Part shown: positions 38,470 to 53,465 of the stretch, one piece after another
Numbering within the stretch: the stretch's first letter is position 1
Layout of the letters: each line of letters opens with the position of its first letter
NCBI GenBank assembly: GCA_013265495.1
Contig: MU057560.1
Span: 320,753 to 384,752 of the forward strand
Direction of reading: 5' to 3'
DNA: 64,000 nucleotides
DNA from: Vicugna vicugna
Lineage: Eukaryota
Made by a program: the position numbers and the translations under genes
The notes under the pieces: model-generated
The model's database searches: none
What the model was told of the DNA's origin: nothing
Seen by the model: the letters and a program-made list of their open reading frames with translations, nothing else

Positions 38470-38636
38470 TACCTATTTTTATTTTTTAAAGATCTGTTTA
38501 TTCCTTTTTTTTTAAAATTTTTTGAGAGGGTAATGAGGTTTATTTATTTACTTACTTCAGTGGAGCTCCTAGGGATTGAACCCAGGACCTCGTGCATGCT
38601 AGGCACACACTCTACCATTGAGCTATACACGACCCC
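38470..38636 (-). mobile_element. tRNA-Ala-derived SINE (vic-1-like), copy 3
   Basis: gggattgaacccaggacctcgtgcatgctaggcacacactctaccattgagctatac preceded by a T-rich tail; same family as 1-310. Confidence 0.85.
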
Positions 38637-41600
38637 TATCTTTGAAGTTTTACTGTTTCAAGGTAGAAAAAACTCTGGCCCTTGCTGCCAGGACCTGGTC
38701 CTCCCTACCTGGAAGAGATGGCTTCCTAGCGGGCTGGCTCCGTGTGATGCATCTTTCTTCAGAGAGATTATTGGGGAAGTTTCCTGAGTGGGGCGGATTC
38801 CTTCTCAGGCTAAGGTTGGCCCCCACCATCAGAAACCTTTCCTTCCGGAATCGTCCTCTCTGTGCGCATGCGTACACGCACACCTACTCACCCACACACA
38901 CACGCAGACACACTCAGGCGCCCTCTATGGCCGTTTCAGTTGATACCAGCTCCCCTTTTGACGGACCACATAGTGGGCTTGGTAAGAAGCAATGGCTCAG
39001 CTGACTTCCCTATGTTAACAGTGCATTTTAACAGAGAGGCTGCATTAATAGCTAATGTAGTGTCTGCTGTGCTAGTGTAGAAACGGCCTGAATGTGATCT
39101 TTCAGCCAATAAAGGACTCACTCGTCTAGAAAGGCAGGCAAGACGGGAGGTCGCATCCTGCTCAGTCTTTGCCACCCTCCTCTCATGTGGCGTCCAGGCT
39201 GACTTCAAAGAGCTCCCCTGCGGTTATTCTGTGGGTTTCTAGGCTGGAATGCGGACCGTGGTGCTGAGGGACTCTCTGCTTTGATTGTGATTCATGTGAT
39301 GGGTACATAAAGAAAAATCAAATGTTCATATCAAAAGGAAACAGGAGGACTTGGAATTAACGTACGATGTCCTTCTCTCCAACCCCCAAATGTATGCTTT
39401 CTCTCGAAGACATACCTATTTGATATAAATAACATTTTATTAAGTGGCTCAATATGTGGTTGAAATGCCTCCATCACTCAAAAACGTGGCTTTTGATTCT
39501 TTCCGCAGTAAATTTGTTATGCTTAGGAAACCCTATGACAAGGAAATTATATTCCATGTCGGGAAATGAGCTAATGATTCTTATAAATGAGCACTTCCTA
39601 GGTAAATTGATAAACGGACCAATTTGCAAATACAAATTTACAGGAATATCAAAGGGTGACATTAGGTGCTGCTTAGACCTGAAACCAGAGAAAATGAGCT
39701 AAAATGGGGTGGAGATAAGAGCCTTGTTTAAAATGATGCAGCAGTTGCTGTCATGGCCTCACTCCAACCCTTGCCTCTTACCATTCAGTGCCCAGCAGCC
39801 ACCTTCCAACTGCCATCTCAATGGGATGTCTTCATCCTCCTCTGGGACCCAAAGGATGGAGCAACACCAATTTGGAATGTGGCTGATGATCTTAGAAGAA
39901 GCCTAGGACCAATGGACTGGCTGTTCCATCAGAGTCAGCTCAGAATGTTAAAGCATAGAGGATAGAAGTTTTAAGGTAGTTAAGAATGAGAGACAAACTG
40001 CAGAAAACAGCTCGGTGGTGGGGCTGGAGCTCATCAGAACCGAGGTGCTTGGGGGAATGCCTGGAGAAGCTGAGATTCAGACTTCTGGCACGCGCGGGGG
40101 TGGGGGTGCTTCCCAGTAGTTTCTGCAAGTGTGTGAAAATTCTGGAGACTGGAGCCGACTGCTGTTGAAACAGATCGCTGCTTTGCAGGTGAGGAGCTTT
40201 GGTGGGGCCATGTTTACATGAAGGATAAGCAACGAGAGAGAAGCAAATCTCTTGTTCCTCCTCATGTCCTCTGGTCTCTCTGACGTTCCCTATGGCATCA
40301 CCCAGCAGGAAGCACGCTGGGAAAGTGAGCTCGTCTGCAGAGTTCTGGCATCTACGTCGCAATAGGATACAGAAGGATCGTTTCAGGGCCGAGAAACCCT
40401 AACTCTTAAAACTGCGGATGTGAGAAAAGCATTAAGCTACCGTTTGCAAGCACGAGGATGCGGCCACAGCTAGGTTCAAAAGCATGGAGGGACCAGAGGT
40501 GGGGTAACCCGTGACTTAGCCTTGGAGCCGTGAGCTGGCATCAGCCATCTGACTGCTCTACTCAGCCGTTTGATTCAGTCATCCTGCACTTTTTTAAACC
40601 ATATGATGACAGTTTACACTTATCATTTATGCAGTATTTGAAAAAAAAGTCAGTACTTTGATTAATATTTGTGAAAATGAGACTTTTTCAGGTTATGCGC
40701 TGTGGAGGAAGACATCAGGGGAGGAAAGGAGTTCCTGACTTCAAGGAGCCTGTCCTCTAAGACAGAGAGTTTTGAGCAAGAAGATGAAGAACGTCTTGAC
40801 AAGTAGCTTGGTGTAGGCGGCATGGATGAAGGGCTTGGGGGAACACAGGAAATGAGGGATTTTTTTCTCCGTGTTGTAACTCACGGACAGGAAAGGAAGA
40901 TGAGAAAGACAGAAGTGGTCAGAGGGGTCAGAGCTGGACAGCAAGGCTGATTTTAGAAATTTGGGGAGTTCTGTGAAGGCTGAGTTCAGAATCTAGGGCT
41001 TTCCTTCAGTTTTTACAATTCAAAGAAATCTGGGGTCTCTCTTGAGGGTATTAATGAATAGGCCGCATTATCCTTTTATACAGCTTTTACACTCTTGTAG
41101 TTTATACTCTGTTCTTCCTCTACCTTGGTGTTTATAAACAGAGGTGTTAATTTTGTATAATGCTCTCCTGTAACTCCCTTAGACTTCTAAAGGCTGCTGC
41201 CCATGCCTTGGCCCTTCTTGACTCCAGTTGGTCTTTGTTGGATTGGCCCCCTAGATCCAAACCCACATAGCGAGCACAAGGGAAAATTATTCCCTGCACT
41301 GGTCCACGTGAGGTCTAAACTTTTGGAGATGAAGAGTAATAAGGCCAGTGACATATTTCTTTATTGATTTTCAGTGCCATATTGGGGACCCATGGTCTTT
41401 TCTACAAAGGAAGGTAGAGGAAAACAAACAAATTGTCAAAAGCCAATTTATACTCAACCTTTCAGTAATATTTCAAGAATATTTCTAATTTGTGGAATGA
41501 GACATGTCTGTCAGTAAGATGATTCACCCAAGATTCCTTTAGAAAGGCTTTTGATTCACTGGAAACTCATTTTTATTTTTATTTAAGATTTTAATTTTGT

Positions 41601-42498
41601 TGCATCTACATCAACTTTATCCTAACATTATACCAGCACATGGCTATTTTTCCATGTAAGAAGAGATGAGCCTCATGTGTTTTTCCTTGTGTGAAATTCA
41701 ATTTATAATTTCATAGATAAACTTAAAAAAATAGCTTTTACATTTTTTTTCCTGGGTGAGCCCTTAAGAATGGGGGTTATACTTTTTTCTTAATTGGTTT
41801 AAGTGGAATTATACTGATGAGGAAAATATTCATAAGTGAATAGTAATTCTATTATTTTGTATTTCTAACAATCATTTATTTATTCCAATTATTCACTTGT
41901 AATTTTAATTTTTTTTTCAAGAGCCAATTGGTTATGGTTTAAGCCAAGTTATAAACTCTTTAAAGGTAGGAGAAAAATTATATACTGAATCATAAAATGT
42001 TTGCAATAGGAGGGACTGAAAAGTAATACTGAAATGCCTTAAGAGGCCATTTGGATAATGTAAATAAATAAAGTTGATCTGATGCAAATAACAAAGAACA
42101 GGCTGGGGTAAAAAGGAAAGTTTTTTTTTTCTCCTCTTTGTATTTGCTGCCCAAAGAAAACACTTCTCAGCTTAGGAAAAAATCAGCTTTCCAGTTGCCT
42201 GTTGGCAGTCATAGATTCTAGTATAATTCCTCATTGTATAGGTGAAAAAAGAAACCTAGAGAGATTAAATGATTTGCTATTCAAAAAGTAATTTAATAAC
42301 AGAGATCAGGACAAAATGACCAATTCCCAGGGAGGAGGTACGTGCACAATGTATTTCAAATGCACTGATCTGATTTGGTCTTATTCGCTGTGGCAGCTAT
42401 TCATACCTCATGTTGCTACCCTGTGACTTCTGATAAACAAAAAATACTTTTTAAATTGCATCTGACTTTGTATCTCACACACTTAACCTAACAGGTGC

Positions 42499-43989
42499 TT
42501 ATCACTCAGTATGCTGGTAAGAAGAACCTTCTGGTCCAATGGGACCTTTCTTATTCTGAGACTTTGGAAATAATATTGTAAGTCATTTTACAGATAATTC
42601 ATAGATGTAAGAACAAAGGGATAGTAAAAGTTAACTATATTAGAAAATTTAATAAGAATTTGAACATAGCAAACCAAATGTTTTAGTCTACTTTTTCCTG
42701 GTTTTGAACATATATATTAAATATAGATACATTTCACATGAGTAACAGTGTCTTTAAATGAAACTAAGTTCTCACCAACAGGCACAAACAAATAACATAG
42801 CCATTTTGTAAATAAATAAATCCAGATTTCAGTGCATTATTAATCTTATTCTTGCACATGCTGCATCAAAATGCAATATTAAAAATTTTTGACAGCTAAT
42901 AATGTAGATGAAGAGAAAAGAGAAGATAAGAGAAGGATTCAATCTTATTTCCTCCAAAATTGCAAAAATATTTTCATTTTTATATTTGTAAATATGAATT
43001 TGAAAGATTGACCTAATAAATTTCCCATTATGTTTCCTCCGATCACCAGCCTTCAGCATTTGTCAACTTATGTACATACCATATGAAGGAAATTTTGGTG
43101 TACACACATCATAAAAGATGGAACAATTCCGTCACACATCCTTCTTGCAAAATGAGGTGATCCAGGTATCTGACACAAAATATTTTATGCTGAAATCCTT
43201 CCTATTGGATGATAAACTGGGTGGAAACACAATACTTCCCTTTTGTTTATAGAAATGTAATTTTCATTTATTGATTGTTGAGTTGAACAAATGCATCCAG
43301 GATATTTTTTTCCTGAGTTTTTGAGTATGTGACCCACGTCACCATCATCGTGAATGTCTTAGTGTTGCTGATGCCACGTTGCATTTGTCTTTTGCATCTG
43401 CCTTTGTAAATTTTCTTCTTTTTGCTTCAATGGGCAGGAGAGAACAATTCTGAGTTCTCAAGTAGATTCAATGTTAACTACAAAAAAATGATGGTGTCTC
43501 TAGACATCTTTCATACCTTCTTGTAAGATGATGCAATATCTTGGAAAACAAAATAAGAAAACTGAGATAGTGCAGAAGTGGTGTTTTATTTCAGTTCTGC
43601 ATCATCTTTCTGGGTGAGTTCATTATTCTATCATGATGTAATTATTTTTGTCTTTTTAGTACAGTTGAGAATAGTTGATGAGTCATGATGACATGATTCC
43701 TAGGAACTTACAAAAGCAAAATACGTAAGGTGCAGGAAAAATAAGAAAACTAATATTTCACAATTGATCATATATTTGTAAAGAAAACAAATGAATTCAA
43801 ATAATAATTGCAAGATAGAATTTGTTTCATCCCATTTTTAATAGTAAATTTTCTTTTTGTATTTTGGGAGATTCCTAAGGAAAAAATCTAAAAGTTATGA
43901 CATATCTATTCTGGAAAATAGTTAGAGATATTCATAAAAGAGACTCAAATCTAAAATTGGGTCTCATGGGTTAGTATACCAAGGGTTAA
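42499..43989 (-). mobile_element. piggyBac-superfamily DNA transposon fossil (Looper-like)
   Basis: Right end ...gtataccaagggTTAA (to 43989) and degenerate left end TTATcactcagtatgct (42499), matching 12/17 as an inverted repeat. Minus-strand remnants KLTNAEG, KFIRSIFQIHIYKYKNEN...QKFLILHFDAACAR, VGENLVSFKD and YICSKPGK parallel piggyBac transposase motifs (FIGL...LRFDD, VDEQLVxFKGRC, YIPSKPGKYGIK). Confidence 0.85.
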
Positions 43990-44879
43990 TAAGTACACTT
44001 TGTTCTTAACATGAATGTATATAATTAGATAACACACTTTGATTACAAGAATGAAAATAAACTTCCTCAAGAAGCAAACTGAAGTTAAGAGACATATATG
44101 TGTTTGAATCGATAACAAAGCTTTTAGGTATTAGACAGAAAAATCTGCCAGTAATTTTCTCTTAGGTTTTTTATTTTCTTCCTTAGGGTAGGGCTGGATA
44201 GAAGGCAGATTTGTGTGACATTCATTGGATGCTGGATCCAAAGTAGGAAAAAAATAATTCTTCAAATTGGTTTTACCCTGAAGCAAATTAATCTAAGATC
44301 CCATAGAATATTTCAGAGCAAGGATTTCACATAATCCATCACTAGTGTGAGCTTTATTTGGAGCACAACCAAAACTTAATAGTGCTTTAGAAGATAATCA
44401 TTTATACTGCACAGGACTCCACCATAATGAGGTTTCCATGCATATGAGTGAATTATTTGGTCAAATATTCTATAAAAAGCCAAGAAGTTTCTTTAAAAGG
44501 CAAATGTTGATACTAATTTTCAGACGTATTTTAAAGTACATGTGCCTGGTTTTGGTTAGAGGTTTATTGTTGAGGTAGATAACTAGCCGTTTCTTTCACT
44601 AATGATAGAGATGTTTTACTTACATGTTATTTTACTTATTTCAATTCCTCTGGAAGTAGAGCTCTTCAGATTATAACCCACTTAGATATTTTTTTCCTAT
44701 TAATATTCAAACTTTTCCTAAGCAAAGGTTTAGACAATTGCTGTTTGTTAAATATATCATTTCTTATTGTTAAATACAATGCTATATATCATAGATACAT
44801 GTGTATGTATGTAGTTTGCCTACATTCAAAAAATATTGAGATAGATTGTTTTAAAAGATGTGCTACAGAGCATTTTTAA

Positions 44880-46080
44880 AATAAATTTTACTTAAGAGAA
44901 CTGCAAGTAAAAGATAATAAATCAAAAAACATGTAAGTAGAACTACTGCTTCCAAAACCCCATTAAAATGAGAATAAATACATCATTTTAGAGTCATAAA
45001 TCCACAAAAACATAAAGCTTTAGAAACGAGACAGGCACAGAATTTTGGAACCTGAGAGGAGATGAGTGTGTGAGGATTAAATTTAAGCCACCTGTGCAAA
45101 GTACAAAAAGTGGTGTAGAATATTTAATAATACAACTAATATAAAAATTCAATAGAAAAGTTAAATAACAAAGGTAAAGAACCATCTCATTGTGAGAAAC
45201 ACAAAATGATGATAAGCAAGAGAAAAAGTTCACAAAAATGAGAGGACAAAAGCTGGAAGTGCAACACCCAAATGACAGAATTCTTGAAAGAGAGAAGAAA
45301 GGAAGCAAGGAGAGGAAACACCACTGAAATAATCAAAGAAGTAATAAAAGACAGTTTATTCGAATGAAACGTGCTTCTAGATTGGTTTATCATATGCAAA
45401 TTTAATCTATGAAAATAGACTCAATCAAATTATGTCCTTAAAGACTTGTTGTTTCTGAACACAAGAAGAAAATTATATACATTGCTAAATGGAAAAAAAG
45501 TCACACTTACAGAACCAGATTGGTTTTAGTCATCTCTCCACAAATGAGGAAAGTGAAAACACTAGAAGGCAATAGAGCAGGGTTTTAAAAGCTCTGGATG
45601 AGTCTAGATGGTTTCTTTTCAAAAGATAAAATTAATGTAATATGTAATATACTTTTTGAAAGTCGATTTAGACCATTGGGAGACAGTTTGACTTCATATT
45701 TGTAATAAGCACATAGAAAATTAAGCAAACAGAAGCAAGACATGATCACAGGCAGAGGGGGTGGGGGCAGGCTGTGAGCAAGTGGAAAGCAAACAGACGA
45801 TATCTTCAACCGCGGGGAGTGTCTGTGCTGTCCTCATCATGCAAGCATTGAATGGTGGTCTCAGAGCAGCAGGCGTTACTCCATCCAAGGACGGGAAAAT
45901 GGAAAGTGTGCTGCGGCATGGTGAGTGTGGGTGAGAGCGTAAATGAGGGCTAATTCTTCATCTTTTAATCTGGGACACTAACTAATAATGTCAAAAATGG
46001 AAAATTAAGAAATAGCAACAGAATCATAAAATTTAGAGATATAGAAATAAATGCCAGAGAATCAGTCCAAGAGTTGAAAG
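44880..46080 (+). mobile_element. Highly degraded old L1 fragments
   Basis: A-rich sequence with ORF1-like phrases (gaaataatcaaagaagtaataaaagac; gaaaacactagaaggcaatagagc); boundaries are approximate. Confidence 0.45.
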
Positions 46081-48499
46081 TTCCGGGGCTCGCTGCTCTG
46101 CACGAGAACTTGTTGGTTCCGAGCCTCGGAGCTGCACTGCCTCCTGTTAGACAATTCTGTGTGTTGCGTTATAACTCACTGGTCACCCTTCACACCATCC
46201 AACTTTCACCACAATAAGCTAATATTTTTTACAGACTGTGATTGGCATATTTGCATAAAGGCTATTTTTTCTCATTGAATATGGTATTTATTTTTCCTAA
46301 ATTTTTCAACCTTTAGTCAATTTCAGTGGGCTGCAAACAGGAGAATGGAGTAAAAACGTGATCATCCCACCAGACTAAACTGGACTTTTTTTAGTAATTA
46401 TTTTCTCTTTTGGTTCATGATACTGCAGAAGGCTGTCACTACCAACATGTAGTTAATACACAGTTCTTTCTTCCTATTTCCATCTTTTTTTCTGATTCTC
46501 ATTTTTAATAGATCGGACACCAGTTAAAATCACCTAATGCATGTAAACAGGTTGTGAGTAAAAGCTGATGGAATATTCTATGAATAAATGTTCCTGCTAA
46601 GGGAAATGGACTTGATGGCATTTATTTTTGGTGTTGTTAAGCCAACACTGTTTGACTCTTCCTCTTTCCTGTTTTAGGTCACATGGGGCTTTTAGATAGA
46701 GACCCTGCAGACAAATATGTTAGGACCTCATGTGCTTTCATACTTTACTGTGTCTGTAGTGGACACAGTGGAGAATGAATACACCTTGCTCCAGGCTAGT
46801 CTTACTTATGCAAACACTGGGTACTCTAGTCATTGAGTTGTTGCTATGATAATAATCTTTTAAGTACAACCAAGTTGAATGAGAAAGCTGGGAAACATTT
46901 ATCTTAATCCTGTAACTGAAAATAATAAGAGATGGTATATAAGCAAAGATAAAATATAGGTACAGTTTATAACATGACAATTTTATTTAAATAACTGCTT
47001 ACAAATGATGGATAATATTAGGAAGATATCCCTAACATTATTTTGATGAGAAATGGCAAACAAACTGTCTTTTGGTAGTGTCTGAGCAGTAGCAGACACC
47101 TGGAACTAGTTTTTGAAACACACAGGCTAATCACGGCTCGGGAATCAATTAGTGATGTCTGCCATGGCCATGGATTGCTTTCTTCTCTGACAGTGTACTG
47201 TTTTCACTTGCTGTATCATGTGTCTCGTACTTTTTGTTGAAGATGGATGTGTTGTGCGGCTCAGTGAGGGTTGAGGCAAATAATTTCTGTGCCTAGGAAT
47301 TGGCATGCCTCCTTTCTTTGTAGGCCTTTAGGTCCTCCCTTTCCACCTGCCCTCAAAGGTCACCCTTCATGCTCTGGACTTCTGCCAGTGTCCGTAGTAG
47401 TCTGCTGTGACTTGGTCCTCCATCCTGACTGTATTCCTATCTCAGGTTCAGTCTTAGGGCAGAGCTGTGCACCCAGCCCAGGACTGGGTCTTCTCAGTAA
47501 CTCCGGTCTTTCTCCAACAATAGGAGACTTGCCATGGCTTTGGTCCAGGGCATCTTCCTACCCTTCTTCCATGGGCTGAGAGGCTTTGTCTTTTCTTACC
47601 ATGTTTGTCGCCACTGTGTTTCTAGACATGATTTTAAATATCTTCTAAAAGCTTCAAAGTAGGTATGGAAATAGGATAGGAAAAAGTGTATCAAAAAAAT
47701 GTGTTCAAGATTGGCCTTTAAAGGCCTTTCTCATTATTAATATTTAAGATTTGAGGACTAAAAAATTGAAACAACATCCTCTGTAGTGTTTCCAGTTGGG
47801 ATTCAATTCATACACTTATTTAAAATTAATAAGTTCATGATGTAGAATATCACAAAACATTAATGAGCTATCAATGCACAGCACATATTTCTCCTCAGAG
47901 GTGAACTTGCTAGCTAAGCACAAACCGAGATGCACATTCTTTTCAAGCCAAGTGAACTTTATGAATAAGCTGCAAAGCTCCCCTCTTGAATACTTTGTGA
48001 AAGGTCGCTTCATTTTCAAAGGTGTTTCATACAATTTTATACATTATTTGAGTCCGTGATTGAACACAAAACATTGACAAAACAGTAACATCCCCCAACA
48101 GTGAGCAGCTGTTGAAGGAACCCTCACGGAGGACGGGCTTCGGATTATTTCTGTTATCAGCTTGTAGCAGCAGCACTGTCCTGTCTCCCTCATTCCGTGA
48201 CTGTTGTGGAGATGACATGGAGAAAATGAGAATTATTATGTAGAGCCACACTGACTGAAATTTGAAATAACTCAGATAGCTCAACCGACCTAGAATGTAC
48301 AGTGTCTAAGTGCTGTATTTAATAAAGCACTTAACGCTCAAACTGCTATCTTCTTCCAAAGACCCACAATCAAACAATTTCTCAACATACCCAGACCAGA
48401 ACATCCACTGCGCCGGCCACACTTTTACATTCTCTCACCGTCCTCTGGTCTGTCTTTACTTGCTGGTTACCCAGCTTAGATTCCAAAGTCCATCATTAC

Positions 48500-50620
48500 A
48501 ACCTCTTCCTTACATCCCTTTTCTTTTGATCTAATTTCCCAAGCAAAGCTCAAATCTTGGCTTAATTCCACCCTCCAAGTGCCCCCAGGCTGCGCTGTGC
48601 AGCTGAGTGATTCAGAGGAAGACGCAAGGAGGAGACTGGTCTCAATTCAGCTGCCCTTGATTTAAGAGAACTCCTGGGGGCCACCGCTGATCCTTGCCGA
48701 CCCACTTTCTTTTCCACTCTCCTAAATGTCTGGTTCGAGTCATTCCTGGCTCAGACACTTTGTCCTCATCGTCATGCTCAGCTGAGGACTTTGTTTCCTT
48801 TATCACTGAGACAGCACAATTCAACACATACGCTCCTCCTCGCCCGGGCCGTGGGGCTCTGTGCCCCGAAAGCCAGCTCTTGGTTTGCCTGCCGCATCTC
48901 ATTTTCCTCTCCTACTCAACGCTGTCACTTCAGCAACACTTTCATCTCTTTCTTGCATCACCAGCTTCTCTTTCCGAAGCATACCCATGTGCATTTGCAG
49001 CTTACATCTAAAGAAAACAGAACAAAACCAGCTTCTTCAGGACCCTCTTCTTTCCCTTTTTCAAACACATTTCGTGACTGAATTGTCTATGTTCAGTCTT
49101 CTCTCCTTTGCTTGGACCTATTCCAGTCAGGGTTTTATTTCAACTATTCCATCAAATCAGTCTTCCCTCTTCAGCACTCCCAGTGACATTGTGGCACTAA
49201 ACCAAAGAATCAATTCTCAGTCCCCATCTTAAATGGCTTTTGACACGGTTGAATACATCTTCCTTAAAAGTATGTTACCTTTTGCCTTTCAGGACTATTC
49301 ATTCTTTGTTTTTCTTCTACTTTTAAATTATTTTCCATATTTCCTTGAATCTGGAAAATTAAAAAATAAGCAATTGCCACATAAAATTGTATACCTTCAC
49401 TTTTCTTTTAACTTCCTGTCCTTTCTTACTTTCTTTCATGGTGCGTCTCATATCTCCATCCTCTAAAGGCTGGAATATCACAAGGCTCGTGTTCTGCCCC
49501 TTTTTTTTTTATCTGCACTGAGTCTCAAGGAGATCTCAATTCGTCTCTTAGAATATCACCTATATAGGCTGATGGAACATATATTTATACCTGCAGCCCA
49601 GACATCTCCCCCGAATTCCAGACTCATATATCTGACTGCCTGCCTAACATTCTATATGGATGTCTAATATATATTGGAAATTTCAGAGTTTAGTTTTGGG
49701 CACATCAATTCCCTTTGCACCAACAAACAACAGGAGCAGCGTCCTCCCTTCCCCAAACAAGAAAAAAACAAAACAAAACAAAGAATCATGCTTTTCCCAT
49801 AGTCATCCACATCTCAGTAAGTGACAGCACTACCTTGTAGTTGCTCAGGCTGAAAATACTGGAGTCACAGCTGGCTCACTGATGTCTGCACACGCACACC
49901 GATCCGTCAGCAAATGCTGTTTGTCTACCTTCACACTTTTCACCGTCTCCCTGTGTCCACCACCCATTACTCAAGTGCACCTCCGTTCTGGATTTAACTC
50001 TTAACTGGCCTCTCTCTGTTTCTGCCCCTGATCCTATAAAGTCTGCCGTCAGCACAAACATAGAGGAATCTTTTTAAAATACGTATTTGATCATTCCAGT
50101 TCTTTGCTCAAAGCCCTCCTATGGCCTCACTTGGAGTAAATTTGCTCTTAGAGTAAAACTGTCTGCAAGTCTTCGTTATCTGTGCCCCTCATGCAGGGGT
50201 CCTCCATTCCCTTCCCACATCCTCTCCCATCACTTCATTCTGCTTCCGCCCAGTGCCTTCCCTGCAGGTCCCGAGAAACATTAACCATGCTCCCAAGTCA
50301 TCACCTGTGCAGCTGTTTCCCCCTCTTCCTGAAGTGACCCCGTCTCAATACTTACGGATTGCTTCCTTTAAGATGATGTTTAAAAGTCACATTACTCAAT
50401 GCCTTTTCCTGACCCTCCTCTTTTAAAGTGAAAGTTCACGTCCACTCCAGCACGCCACGTTCCCCACTTTATCCTTTGCACGTCTGCTTGCTTCTGTTTG
50501 TGCCCATCTTTCCTGCATCAGATGCAGATGCTACGAAGCCAGCTACTTCATCTTCTGTTTCATTCACAAACAGTTCCTGTCTCCTGAGAATGCCTGGGTC
50601 GTAGTGGAAATGCCACAAAG
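48500..50620 (+). mobile_element. L2 LINE remnant (3' part)
   Basis: Pyrimidine-rich L2 phrases: tctcagtccccatctt...tttgacacggttga, ctgcagcccagacatctcccccgaattccagactcatatatctgactgcc, gttgctcaggctgaaaatactggagtca. Confidence 0.75.
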
Positions 50621-53189
50621 ATTAATATACACGGACGTCTTTAGGCTAGTGTGTAGTTTGGTTTCAAATTTAATTATATAACGTGTGTTGTAATTTTAAG
50701 AAACCTATGATTGAACAATGTCTCAAAATAAATACTATTAAAGGTTTTGAGTACCTGTTCACATTTTTGGAAATAATCATTAAATTATTTTTCAGAGGGC
50801 TGATCTTTTTCATACTTAATGTCCAAATTGACCTGATTAATCTTCAAAGACGTGTTAAAATAGTGTTTACTATCTCAAGTAGACCAAATATGCAACCCTC
50901 CGCTGAAATGAAAGGCATTCTTTACTTTGTGATAGTATGTCGTGTTTATTAACATCACCATTGGGCTTAGAAGCGCTCTCAGTCACTTCCCCAGAAGTCC
51001 CTTTTGAGGGTATTCTATGTGCTAGGCACTATCCTAAACTTAGAAGAAGGAACCAGAAATCATTTAAAATATTATTTTCATTAGGAAATCACAGTCTAAG
51101 GAAAGAGACAAGGTACAAAGGTGACTATTCATAACCCTTTTTTGGTACGTAGTGCAATGGAGGAGCGGAAACAGTGCTGTCATAGCACAGAGGGGTTGTC
51201 TTAGGAAATTAGGGAGGACGTCAAATGATGCTTCACAGCACCTGGGTTCAGATACATGGAAGGGCACCCAGAAGGTTGGAACAGCATATGCACAGTGCCT
51301 GAAGTGAGTGGTTTGGTGTGGATGCAGTCCAGGGCATGTGCAGTGATCTATGACATAGACCCAAGTTGGAGACAACAAGCGAGATACTTTAGGGAAGCAG
51401 GCCTGCTTTTTCATCCCTTAGCATTTAGTATGTGTGTAGTAAATAACTGTTCAGTCAATGAATAAGACAGCAGAGGTTTCTCCCTCCATCCAAAGGTGTA
51501 CAGCACACAACAAGTATGATTGTGAAAGCGTGCACGTGCCCCGTGTCCCTGGGTGGGAGAGGTAGTCCCGAAAGTGAAATGTGTGTGTGTGTTTAGAGCA
51601 AAAATCAAATTTAAAGAGAACATTTAGGAGCAAGATCCTGATGAAGAGTGGAGAATTTCTTAAGTCAAAATTAAAAATATAAATACTGGCAGAACTAAGA
51701 CTAGATCTGGAAAAGGTATGCATTTCAATAGTGAGGCAAATCTCCACACACTGCCGTGAACTCCTAGCCACAGCATGCAAGGAAAAGAGCAATAGATTTC
51801 ACAAAAGTGATCTGGATTGGGTGTTAATTTGTTTTAGGAGAACAAAGCAAAGTAGCGTTAAGGCAATAAAATTATTACAGGGGAGAATCAAGTAAGACGT
51901 AATTGTTTAAAGTGCATTTTAACATTAGAAATGATTGAAGCAGCTCTTGGAGTGGTAAAGTGCTTCGAGTCTGCTTCAGTCAGTGCCTTTATCTGCCTTT
52001 AAGACTCAGTCAATTCAGCTTTGGTCGGCCTTTATTTCATGCCTTCCAGTTCCCCAAACCAATAGGCATTAGTGCATCACCGTCTGATTTCCTTCCTTCT
52101 GCGTTTGAGTCTCTCTCAGGAGTGCATCTCTCTCAGGTGATGGTGGGCGTTGGAAATACTGGAAAACAGAGTCCCATGGTCAGTTTCCCCATGTCAAACA
52201 GGGGCTGTGATGGATGTCACATAGGAGTGGTACCTTTGCCTACGTTTACTTATACGTTTACTCAGGATTTGTCATGTGTGTTAGGTGTGCAGGATTCTAA
52301 GATGGAGATACACCATGTCCTACAGAAGCTTGAGGTCCAGTCGGGGGAAGTGCAGACCAGCGGCTGCAGCCCAGTGTGTTGAAGGCCAAGACGACAGCAG
52401 AGGTTACCAGGCATGTTCACACCCACCAGCGCTGCCTGTCCTGTGGGTTCAACACATGCATGTCCCATGTGGTCTCAACCACTGAGCCTTCTCATCTACC
52501 AAGGGGTCGGGGAGGGCTGTCTTAACCTTTTTAACTCATGGGACCCCAGTAAATCTGGTAAAAGTGTAGATGAGCTTCTAAGAATTCTGCTTGAAGGTTT
52601 CGAATGAAGGCTGCCAAGGAAAACTGATTTTGCCCTAAAACAGAAATTAGAAGTTTAACCTAAGAAAACTTGGCAAAAAAGAACTAAGACCCCTCTTGAT
52701 AATGAGTATATTCATGTTTAGACCCAGAGTTTGCTTATTTATAAAAGGGTACTCAAGACAGAGTAGAAGAACTGACAACACGGACAACTGTGAATTAGAC
52801 TCAGGAGAGACAGCTGTGCATCCTTTCCTACGTCTGGGGAAGACAAAGCCTGTGCATCTTTCACAGGTGTCAACTCAGTGCACATTCCAGACAGCACCTG
52901 GTAAATAATAAATAATAATGTAATTAATGTAGGTTATTAGCCTATATGTTTAATATAAAAATATATAAGATAATATAAGAAATATAACATTTATTTAAAA
53001 TATCTGGATTAATGAATTATCTGAATAAATATTTGTAATTCCTGTATTGTTGAGTTGCTATACTTACCATTTTCAGATAGAGAGAGTGATTTGAGAGTTT
53101 TTTTAAAGTGAGTAAATCATGAAACTGGTTTTTAATCACCCAGATGAGTCTGCAGACTCTGCTCTGAGCAGATGTTCTGACCAGTCTTT

Positions 53190-53465
53190 TTTGGGAGGGA
53201 AAAATCCTTCCTTGTCTCTTTCTAGCTTCCAGGGGTTGTGAGCAATCCTTGGTGTTCCTCCAGAGTGTGGAGGCTGTAGACATCTCTCTCCACTCCAGTG
53301 TCATTACCTGCCTTCTGCCCTCTGTGGTTCTGTCTGCATGGCCTTCTTATAAGGACACCAGTCACTGGGCTTAAGGTTCAAATTAATTACATCCACAAGG
53401 ATCCTATTTCCAAAGGAGGTTACGTTCTGAGGCTCTGGGCGGACATGAATTTTGGGGTGGACACT
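53190..53465 (-). mobile_element. MaLR LTR (MLT1) fragment
   Basis: aatccttccttgtctctttctagcttccagggg...cttcttataaggacaccagtcactggg...cctatttccaaa...gacatgaattttggggtggacac. Confidence 0.7.
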
